Shown in pieces: positions 56,858-64,000 of a DNA stretch of 64,000 nucleotides. Origin of the DNA: Candidatus Nomurabacteria bacterium (GTDB lineage: Bacteria; Patescibacteriota; Minisyncoccia; Phycocordibacterales; UBA9973); NCBI GenBank assembly GCA_016699085.1, contig CP064958.1, forward strand, positions 131,785 to 195,784. The letters run 5' to 3'. The first letter of the stretch is position 1. Every line of letters begins with the position of its first letter. The translations under genes and the position numbers were made by a program. The notes beneath the pieces are model-generated. The model saw only the letters and a list, made by a program, of their open reading frames with translations, made no database searches and was not told the DNA's origin.

Positions 56858-58126
56858 TTAGAAGCGAAGTTCTTGCTTATACGGAGAAGAGTCCGTATAC
56901 GGACCAACAATAGCCAGATTAAGATGCGAAGAACTAAAGATATTTGTGGCTACTTTTTGTATGTCGCGTACCGTAACTTTTGCGAACTTTTTAGCAACCA
57001 TATCAGCGCTTAAAAGCGGACGATGCATAACTTCTTGCCCGCCATACCACTGCGCAATCGCATCTGATGTTTCGAGCCCAAGCTTGATCGTGCCGATCAG
57101 ATAGTCTTTCACTTTTTTAAGTTCTACATGAGCTACTGGTTCGGATTGTAATTTTCTACACTCTGCCAATACTACTTGCATAACTTCTACAACACGATTT
57201 TTATCAATGCCTGCAGCTATTTCAAAAAATCCATGGTCGCTATGAGTTTCATTATTTGCTCGCACGTAATAAGCGACTCCCATATCTTCTCTAAGCTTCT
57301 GGAAAAGCCGAGAGCTCATACTACCTCCCAAGAGTGTCGAGAGAATGACGAGTGTTGGTATATCTTTATGAGCAATCGGATATGTCCGAACCCCGAGAAC
57401 AACATGTGCTTGGTCAGTTTTTTTGTATTTAATTGCTAGCGATGGCTTTGTTTGACTGTCAGATACTTTCTTCTTGCCTGTTTTCTTACCTCCAGGTATC
57501 GTCTTAAATTGTGATTTGATTTGATTAAGCGCTTCCACATGTGAAATATTCCCTGCCACGACGATCGTTGTAGCAGATGCAACATAGTGAGCATCTTTGT
57601 AATTAATAAAATCTTCCCTCTTGAAACTTTTAACATTTTCTTTGGTACCAGCCACACTCCAACCTGCCGGCTGATCACCATAAAGGAGGCTCGTAAATAC
57701 TTGCTGCACATCACGCGCTGGCATGTCTTCGTACATATTGATTTCTTCGACGATAACACCTTTCTCTTTCTCAATTTCTTTTTCTGGGAACGTCGAATTT
57801 TGGTAAATATCTGAAACGACATCGAGCAATTTTGGGAAATACCGCGCTTCGCCTTTGGCATAGTACCCCGTGTACTCTTCTGTTGTAAATGCATTATAGT
57901 CAGCACCAAGTCCATCGAGCTCATGTGCAATATGGAGTGCTGTCGGGCGCTTCACAGTCCCCTTGAAACACATATGCTCCAAGAAATGTGAGATACCGTT
58001 TAATTTCTTAGTTTCGTATTTCGACCCTGCCTCAACAAGGACCAATACCGTGACGGTTGGATTGTCTTTCATGGGTACAGTTATAATCCGCATACCGTTT
58101 TTTAAAACTGTTCGTTTGTGTTTCAT
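56858..58126 (-). CDS. M16-family zinc peptidase (insulinase/pitrilysin-like)
   Basis: Inverted zinc motif GISHFLEHMCFKGT (HxxEH). Confidence 0.85.
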   Translation of the reverse strand: MKHKRTVLKNGMRIITVPMKDNPTVTVLVLVEAGSKYETKKLNGISHFLEHMCFKGTVKRPTALHIAHELDGLGADYNAFTTEEYTGYYAKGEARYFPKLLDVVSDIYQNSTFPEKEIEKEKGVIVEEINMYEDMPARDVQQVFTSLLYGDQPAGWSVAGTKENVKSFKREDFINYKDAHYVASATTIVVAGNISHVEALNQIKSQFKTIPGGKKTGKKKVSDSQTKPSLAIKYKKTDQAHVVLGVRTYPIAHKDIPTLVILSTLLGGSMSSRLFQKLREDMGVAYYVRANNETHSDHGFFEIAAGIDKNRVVEVMQVVLAECRKLQSEPVAHVELKKVKDYLIGTIKLGLETSDAIAQWYGGQEVMHRPLLSADMVAKKFAKVTVRDIQKVATNIFSSSHLNLAIVGPYTDSSPYKQELRF

Positions 58127-58137
58127 GGTGAAAATTA

Positions 58138-58452
58138 CTATTGCCTAAATGATTGTATACACTGACTCAGTTCCAATGTCTGTGTCCAACCACAAACACC
58201 AGTAATCTGTCGTTCGCAACGAGAATTTGTACTGTTATAACATTGATATTCAGGTAATGCTTCACATGTTGAAAATCCACCACCCATCTCTGGATCATAA
58301 CAAGTAATGCCATTACATCCCCCGAGGACACAACCACCATGATTATCAGCAGGAAATGGAAGATTGTTTTTTAGTGGTGTTGTTTGAAAAAGTATTGCTG
58401 TTGTAATAAGAACTATAGCAATAATCAAAGTGACAAGAATTTCTTTACTCAT
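58138..58452 (-). CDS. Small secreted/membrane-anchored Cys-rich protein (104 aa, 10 Cys)
   Basis: N-terminal hydrophobic helix LVTLIIAIVLITTAILF, then HGGCVLGGCNGITCYDPEMGGGFSTCEALPEYQCYNSTNSRCERQITGVCGWTQ...CIQ. No family recognised. Confidence 0.4.
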   Translation of the reverse strand: MSKEILVTLIIAIVLITTAILFQTTPLKNNLPFPADNHGGCVLGGCNGITCYDPEMGGGFSTCEALPEYQCYNSTNSRCERQITGVCGWTQTLELSQCIQSFRQ

Positions 58453-59754
58453 TTATGTAGTGAGTTTTTCTTTTAAAAATATAGGAAGTTCTTGCTGCTT
58501 TATTCTCTCCTGTTTGCCTGTATCTCGGTCACGAACTGTTACTGTGTCGTCAATAAGCGTATCAAAGTCAATGACAATGCACCACGGAGTACCGATTTCG
58601 TCTTGCCGTCGGTAGCGCTTACCAATATTGCCATTATCATCCCACATGACACGTCCAAATTCAGCCTTGAGGTTACCGTAGACAATCCTCGCTTTCTCGA
58701 CAAGTTCAGGTTTATTTTTTAAAAGTGGCGAAACTGCACAGATAACTGGGGCAATACTTGGCTTGAATTTAAGAAATGCACGAACTTCTTCATTTTGATC
58801 ATCCTCTGCGTAGGCACTTTGAAGTAATGCAAGTATTGTTCGATCCACACCAAACGATGGCTCAATAACATGCGGAGTTATTTTCTCACCTGCTTCTTCG
58901 TCAATATATTCTAGTTTGTGATTTTTGAGATCGAAATCTGTTCGATACGCTAATCCATATAATTCTTTTTTGCCGAATGGATAGTCAAATTCAAAATCAA
59001 TCGTTCGTGATGAATAGTGTGCCCTATCCCCATCTGCAACTTCGAGTTCGTGGACTTTGCTCATATCGAGACCGACAGACTCCATCCATTCAAGCATTTC
59101 GTCTTTCAAATATTCAAAATATTTTTCCCAATCAGAAGGCCGCACGAAGTATTCGATTTCCATCTGCTCAAATTCGCGCACACGGAAAATGAAGTCACGT
59201 GGTGTAATTTCGTTTCTAAATGCCTTGCCAATCTGTGCAATACCAAATGGAAGCTTTGGATGAAAAGAATCGACGATATTTTTAAAGTTGACGAATATAC
59301 CTTGCGCTGTTTCTGGACGAAGATAGACTTTTGCAGAAGAATCTTCGACTGCACCTATCTGAGTTGCAAACATCATGTTGAATTGCCTTGCTTCACCAAC
59401 GGGCGAATTGCATACATCACAACTTCCAGTTTTTTGTAGTTGATCTGATCGAAATCGACGCTTACACTTCGTGCATTCGACCAGTGGGTCCGTAAACGTA
59501 TCGACGTGCCCGCTCGCCTGCCAGACTTCCGGACGCATAAGTATTGCTGCATCGACGCCATACATATCTTCACGGTTATCGACAAATTTTTTCCACCAAC
59601 TATTTTTTATATTATTTTTGAGTGCTACTCCAAGTGGCCCATAATCATACGTTCCAGCAAGCCCACCATATATTTCTGACCCAGGATATATAAACCCACG
59701 ACGCTTGGCGAGTGATACGATTTTCTCCATTAGATTTTCTTTTTCTTCTTTCAT
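58453..59754 (-). CDS. glyQS: Glycyl-tRNA synthetase, alpha2 (archaeal/eukaryotic-like, GlyQS) type
   Basis: ...RRGFIYPGSEIYGGLAGTYDYGPLGVALKNNI... class II motifs. Includes a CxxC...CxxC insertion (CTKCKRRF...CDVC). Confidence 0.9.
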   Translation of the reverse strand: MKEEKENLMEKIVSLAKRRGFIYPGSEIYGGLAGTYDYGPLGVALKNNIKNSWWKKFVDNREDMYGVDAAILMRPEVWQASGHVDTFTDPLVECTKCKRRFRSDQLQKTGSCDVCNSPVGEARQFNMMFATQIGAVEDSSAKVYLRPETAQGIFVNFKNIVDSFHPKLPFGIAQIGKAFRNEITPRDFIFRVREFEQMEIEYFVRPSDWEKYFEYLKDEMLEWMESVGLDMSKVHELEVADGDRAHYSSRTIDFEFDYPFGKKELYGLAYRTDFDLKNHKLEYIDEEAGEKITPHVIEPSFGVDRTILALLQSAYAEDDQNEEVRAFLKFKPSIAPVICAVSPLLKNKPELVEKARIVYGNLKAEFGRVMWDDNGNIGKRYRRQDEIGTPWCIVIDFDTLIDDTVTVRDRDTGKQERIKQQELPIFLKEKLTT

Positions 59755-59796
59755 ATTTTTATTCTGTTTACTATTTACCGTTTACTCTTCACTAAT

Positions 59797-61722
59797 TTAT
59801 TGCACTACCCGCTCCATACCAGAAGTGAAACTTGTATCGTTATAGAGTGATGTGGTAAGTGCTGCCCAAGTGCTTCGTACGATTGTATTCGTATAGGCAT
59901 CTGTTCCTGTGAGTACTGTCTGGAGCAAAATTTGCGGAATACTACCAACCTGCGTCGTTGAAGGAGTAATGCCGATCTGAAACGATGCTTCTCGAAGTGG
60001 CAAACTAATACCAGTTCCCTTGGTAACATTACCTAATTTCCAAGTCACCATACGAGTCGTTTCATTGTAGGTAACGACTTCCTTTGCAGGTGAGGTCGGT
60101 CCAACAAATCTAGCATACGTAGGCAGTGTTGCAACTGCCTCAGCGCCTGTTATGTCATTGACTGAATTTGTTACTGACCACGTTACGGTATAGAGCGTCT
60201 CATGATCGGCTTGTGGTGGCATTGGACCAGTGTTGGTAAATGGTCCTTGGAAATGAAGTGCTTTACCGGCAATTTGTAGATCTGAAGCGAAGATAAGCGT
60301 CTTTGATTCGGTATTCGTCACGTCTGAAACCACGCCACCGAGGGAGGGTTCTTTGCCTTTGATACCGACAGTAACCAGGATTTGCGGATTTGAAATATAT
60401 GAACCGGAAGCATAGAGCGGCAACGGCTTAAATGAGAACGATACAGAGCCTTGCTCACCTGGATCAATAGAAGCAAAGACACCACTTCTCGTCTTATCCC
60501 AAATAATTTTACTATTGAGCGAATCATAGAAACCGGTCGATGTTTTGACAGTACTTTTATCATATGCATTACCGGTTAGTGTTGCCGTCATTTCAACATC
60601 AGTTAGTCTGGTTTCTAAATTATTTTCCCAAATAATTTCTATATCTACTTCTTGATTGCCGTTTAAAATATTGGTTGTACTATCTGCACCATTGACGAGA
60701 ATAGATGTCGAGAGAAATGGGCGCTTGATAATAATCGTTCCGAGAAGTGATGTATATGTTACTGCAAGTGTCGTCCGATCTGTTGCACTTGCTTCGCCAG
60801 AATACACCCTGAAGGCTCGCTCTTCGCCATCTTGACCTTGGAGACTGCCAGTAATTTTTATTTCTTTTGTCATGCCTTTACCCATGTCGCCAAGCTCCCA
60901 CATATTGTCTCCAATAGCTGCGAGAGGTTCTGAAGTATTGACAATAAATCCCGAAGGATACTCCATCCGCACGAGCATATTTGGTATTGGTTTTTCAGCA
61001 TTGGAGAGCACCTTGATCGTCATCGTAAAGAGTTGGTTTGAAGTAACTTGTTTTGGAACATCAAGTGACAGAGCAATCGGCGAGGAATTAATCGTGACCG
61101 AATAGACAGTGTCTTTGATGAAAATAGCATTTGAACCTGCGACTCGATACTCAAGCGATGCTTTAACTGTCTTTTGTGTACCTTGTTCACCATAGAGAAT
61201 GACTTTGACACTTTGTGATGAGGTTTTGCCTGGACCTACAGTACCGAGCGTCAAACGAGGCAATCTCACCTGTTCTCCCTCGCTACCCTCCACGCTTCCT
61301 TTGGGATACGAAACCAAAAGATCAGCAAGCTCTAGTGGAACACTGTTCTTATTCGTTACTTCTATCTCAAGCGTAAGCTCATCGCCACCACCTGTAAACG
61401 AGCTTCCTAAAATGTGCACATCAATATTGTCATTTGATACGGTATTGTTGCCCCGAATAAATGTGTAACCAGCATAAAGACCGGAGAGCACAAAAACACC
61501 TACTGAAAAAAAGAAAATAAATTTAAACATAGATGATGAAGGTTTGACTGACATAGTTTCTGGTGTAATTGCCGGTTCTTCTTTTTTCTCCCAAATTTTT
61601 GAAATCCCATAGTCACGAGGATGCAAAGTGCCACGCTTGCGTTTGCGGAGTAGACTTTCATCTTTGCTATAGAGCCGCCGATTAAGCTCTTCGATTTGAT
61701 TCGGCGCTTCATTACCGTCCAT
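59797..61722 (-). CDS. Hypothetical single-pass membrane protein with a large (~520-aa) beta-rich extracytoplasmic domain
   Basis: Charged cytoplasmic N-terminus, a TM helix (FKFIFFFSVGVFVLSGLYAGYTF), then a long T/S/V-rich region suggesting Ig-like repeats. Confidence 0.35.
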   Translation of the reverse strand: MDGNEAPNQIEELNRRLYSKDESLLRKRKRGTLHPRDYGISKIWEKKEEPAITPETMSVKPSSSMFKFIFFFSVGVFVLSGLYAGYTFIRGNNTVSNDNIDVHILGSSFTGGGDELTLEIEVTNKNSVPLELADLLVSYPKGSVEGSEGEQVRLPRLTLGTVGPGKTSSQSVKVILYGEQGTQKTVKASLEYRVAGSNAIFIKDTVYSVTINSSPIALSLDVPKQVTSNQLFTMTIKVLSNAEKPIPNMLVRMEYPSGFIVNTSEPLAAIGDNMWELGDMGKGMTKEIKITGSLQGQDGEERAFRVYSGEASATDRTTLAVTYTSLLGTIIIKRPFLSTSILVNGADSTTNILNGNQEVDIEIIWENNLETRLTDVEMTATLTGNAYDKSTVKTSTGFYDSLNSKIIWDKTRSGVFASIDPGEQGSVSFSFKPLPLYASGSYISNPQILVTVGIKGKEPSLGGVVSDVTNTESKTLIFASDLQIAGKALHFQGPFTNTGPMPPQADHETLYTVTWSVTNSVNDITGAEAVATLPTYARFVGPTSPAKEVVTYNETTRMVTWKLGNVTKGTGISLPLREASFQIGITPSTTQVGSIPQILLQTVLTGTDAYTNTIVRSTWAALTTSLYNDTSFTSGMERVVQ

Positions 61723-61745
61723 ATCGATAAGTATAGCAGATGGAT

Positions 61746-62324
61746 TTAGAGATTGCTCTCCTTGAGTGCCCTATTAATTTCAAATAGTATTGTTTTCTTT
61801 TCCAATTTTTTGTAAATTTCACTTCCTGGATCTATCGGTGCTTCCAAATAGTCAGCAAAGGTATCAGTCCGACCAATATATCCTAAGTTGTGGAGAATTC
61901 TAAGTACGAGTACAAGTTCAATAGTTTCATAGTTTTCTTGTATATGATCATGAGCAAGATGTGTGACAGTTGCAACCAGGTCATCAAAAATTTCAGGGAT
62001 TGGCTCTTCGCCTACGCATAACCGCTCGAGAAGCTTGGCAACACTTGCGATAATTTTTAGGCTTTGAGGATTGAGGCGCAATCCATATGACTGTATCGCC
62101 ACCCCTGATGTTACACGCCAAATATCTTTACCTTGAACCAGATCAACTGTCGCATGTGAGAAATCTTGGAGGCCGAAACGAAGTTTGGATTTTCCGAGTC
62201 GTATCCCTTGTGCGTGCGCATAGACTAGCCCAAGTTCGCGGGTATAGAGTGAAAGCATTTTATTAGCCTCGCCAACATTACGGCTACCTAAAACAAAAGC
62301 TTCTGTATGATAAATGTGATGCAT
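61746..62324 (-). CDS. recO: DNA repair protein RecO (short form)
   Basis: N-terminal OB fold: HTEAFVLGSRNVGEANKMLSLYTRELGLVYAHAQGIRLGKSKL. Confidence 0.6.
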   Translation of the reverse strand: MHHIYHTEAFVLGSRNVGEANKMLSLYTRELGLVYAHAQGIRLGKSKLRFGLQDFSHATVDLVQGKDIWRVTSGVAIQSYGLRLNPQSLKIIASVAKLLERLCVGEEPIPEIFDDLVATVTHLAHDHIQENYETIELVLVLRILHNLGYIGRTDTFADYLEAPIDPGSEIYKKLEKKTILFEINRALKESNL

Positions 62325-62330
62325 AAAGAT

Positions 62331-63047
62331 TTAATATTTCTTTATCCAATCATATGTTTCCTCAAATAATTTCTTTTCTGCTTCATGGGAATTAAAATTA
62401 TGATCTGCAGAAGTCATTGTAACAGTTGCTTTTGGCGTATTGGCTTTAACAAAATATTTTTTGGCATCTTTCCCATTACCGGTTCCAATAAATTTTATAG
62501 GAATATGTATTTTTTTTACTAGCTCTCCACAGTCAGGAAAATTAAATAACTCACCAATGAATTTCTTGCCAATCCTAATCTTCATTCCCCAATCGATGTA
62601 GTATTCTTTACCACTTTTATATTTCATGAAAAATTTTCTTTCTTCTTGACTCACAACATACGATGCATCCCAAAATACTAGTGCTGTTGCAAATGATGTA
62701 TTTGAAAAAAGCAATGATGTCCCGCCAAAACTGTGGCCAATGACATAGATTTTTTTGTATTGCTTGTGAAAATAGTTCAAGATTGTGGTTATATCGCCAC
62801 CATGCTGACTGAGTGACGTTTCTTCGAAATGCCTTGCATTTTTACCACCGTTATAAAAATCAAAACGAAATGTATCATAGCCTTTCGCTGAGAAAAATTT
62901 TGCTCCATTAAAATGGATATGCTCATTACGATTACCGGTAAAGCCATGACAGAAGATGACTAATTTGCTTGAGGCCTTTTTGTTTTTAACGAGATCACCG
63001 TAGATGAAATACCCATCCGAGGTTTTAATTTTGAGTTCTTTTTGCAT
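62331..63047 (-). CDS. Alpha/beta-hydrolase fold protein
   Basis: ...VIFCHGFTGN... and the nucleophile elbow IGHSFGG. Confidence 0.75.
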   Translation of the reverse strand: MQKELKIKTSDGYFIYGDLVKNKKASSKLVIFCHGFTGNRNEHIHFNGAKFFSAKGYDTFRFDFYNGGKNARHFEETSLSQHGGDITTILNYFHKQYKKIYVIGHSFGGTSLLFSNTSFATALVFWDASYVVSQEERKFFMKYKSGKEYYIDWGMKIRIGKKFIGELFNFPDCGELVKKIHIPIKFIGTGNGKDAKKYFVKANTPKATVTMTSADHNFNSHEAEKKLFEETYDWIKKY

Positions 63048-63111
63048 ACAAAGACTATATCATACAAGCTTAATGGTAATTACATTAATTAGCTTTCCGA
63101 AACGATATACA

Positions 63112-63139
63112 TTGACATATTACTATATTTATGTATAAT
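63112..63139 (+). promoter_or_regulatory. Candidate sigma70 promoter (TTGACA-16-TATAAT)
   Basis: ttgacatattactatatttatgtataat lies 18 nt upstream of the ATG at 63157. Confidence 0.45.
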
Positions 63140-63156
63140 AAAGAAAATGAAAAATC

Positions 63157-63531
63157 ATGGATTTACACACTTTTTCAGCTGGTGAAGTAATATTCTCAAT
63201 TTTTACCATTACATTTGCGATATACGGCTTTATTTGTTTTTTGAGAAAAATATTTCCGTCGCGTACTTCTACTTTAGATGCCGTGGACACATATGAACCG
63301 GTAAATACTGATATTGCAGACTACATGAAAAAATCTGGATTTGATTTGGCGTACGACGGCGATTGGGATGATTATTTCCTCAAAGGTTCTCGGCTCATTA
63401 TTGAAGATGGAGATAAAATAATCATTAACGGCAAAGTCGAATACCAAGGGGAGTGGAATGATTACAAAGTCACCAAGGACGCATTAATGATCGCACGAGA
63501 TGGAGGCCTCTTCCTAAAAACGCTTCCTTAG
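63157..63531 (+). CDS. Hypothetical membrane-anchored protein (124 aa)
   Basis: N-terminal TM (IFSIFTITFAIYGFICFL). Confidence 0.3.
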   Translation: MDLHTFSAGEVIFSIFTITFAIYGFICFLRKIFPSRTSTLDAVDTYEPVNTDIADYMKKSGFDLAYDGDWDDYFLKGSRLIIEDGDKIIINGKVEYQGEWNDYKVTKDALMIARDGGLFLKTLP

Positions 63532-63546
63532 AGGATATAGTGGCAT

Positions 63547-63573
63547 CACCGCACATATATTGTGCGGTTTTTT
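63547..63573. terminator. Terminator hairpin between convergent genes
   Basis: caccgcacatatattgtgcggtttttt. Confidence 0.55.
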
Positions 63574-63889
63574 ATTGCTTTATTTTAAATGCAATCATTT
63601 TAACCATTGAATTATTATTTATATCTGCATAAAATCTCCGTAAATCAGTAAACATTTCTTCTTTAGAAGTATACTTACCTTCCATATCGGCCTTCGTTAC
63701 ATCCGTAATATTTTTATCCACAACACTTGTTATTATCGCCTGAGCAAATATTTCACCTGTTGCAGATTCAATCAAAGCGACCTTATCATCAACCTTTAGA
63801 TCTTTTGTACTGTTGATCCGCCATGTAGAATTTTTCTTCCCTTCAAGAATCCAATTCTTTTTGATTGTCGTAAAACCAAGAGCTTTCAT
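63572..63889 (-). CDS. Small ASCH-like (PUA-fold) domain protein
   Basis: 105 aa starting MKALGFTTIKKNWILEGKKNSTWR..., resembling the beta-barrel start of ASCH-domain proteins. Tentative. Confidence 0.35.
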   Translation of the reverse strand: MKALGFTTIKKNWILEGKKNSTWRINSTKDLKVDDKVALIESATGEIFAQAIITSVVDKNITDVTKADMEGKYTSKEEMFTDLRRFYADINNNSMVKMIAFKIKQ

Positions 63890-64000
63890 ATTGCCCGTAA
63901 TTTTTCTTGCAATGGACTTATTGATTTCAAATCAGTCATATAATTATATTAAATCAAATTCAAGATAAAGAGGATTATGATCAGAAACTACGTCTGCCAA

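Noticed and set aside
63977-64000. Possible gene start (AAGAGGA then ATG at 63977) at the window edge
   Set aside because: Only 8 codons are inside the window, so it cannot be evaluated.

Overview
Low-GC (~38%) chromosomal segment that looks like a reduced-genome bacterium, possibly of the Candidate Phyla Radiation / Patescibacteria (inference from the rRNA architecture and gene content, not proven). Three things dominate the window.

(1) A minus-strand rRNA operon made of 23S + 5S only, roughly 7230 down to 2670. There is no 16S and no tRNA in the window. The 23S gene is ~4.0 kb instead of ~2.9 kb because of several insertions: an ORF-less group I intron sitting in the peptidyl-transferase-centre sequence; a helix-63 expansion that carries a 64-aa ORF behind a perfect Shine-Dalgarno; a helix-45 expansion; and a domain-I/II expansion.

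(2) A ~27 kb cell-surface glycan locus, 13.5-41 kb. It contains: an initiating polyprenyl-phosphate sugar transferase; a NeuB-type nonulosonic-acid synthase fused to a sugar-phosphate isomerase (TIM-barrel) domain; a NeuA-type CMP-sugar synthetase; a TagF-like transferase; seven GT1 and one GT2 glycosyltransferases; a Wzx flippase; a NodB-type deacetylase; five SAM methyltransferases; a putative sulfotransferase; a 2OG/Fe(II) dioxygenase-like protein; and a small P-loop NTPase. Two paralogous Wzy_C (O-antigen-ligase/O-oligosaccharyltransferase-like) membrane proteins with C-terminal TPR repeats follow, and then a Ser/Thr-rich, peptidoglycan-binding secreted surface (S-layer-like) protein with an unusually long 5' leader. 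I read this as a surface-protein O-glycosylation system that builds a heavily decorated glycan containing a sialic-acid-like sugar.

(3) Housekeeping genes: rplJ-rplL, ftsK, recA, efp, rpsF-ssb-rpsR, tatD, metG, an alpha2-type glycyl-tRNA synthetase, recO, an M16 peptidase, an ABC exporter and a SEDS (FtsW/RodA-type) protein.

Smaller oddities: a stand-alone IMP-cyclohydrolase (PurH N-terminal) domain protein; a 29-codon upstream ORF that duplicates the first 7 codons of efp; a GC-rich ~70-nt hairpin just upstream of metG; a hairpin-rich ~435-bp intergenic region between the ABC exporter gene and rpsR; and a small Cys-rich secreted protein. No CRISPR array, transposase or integrase was seen.
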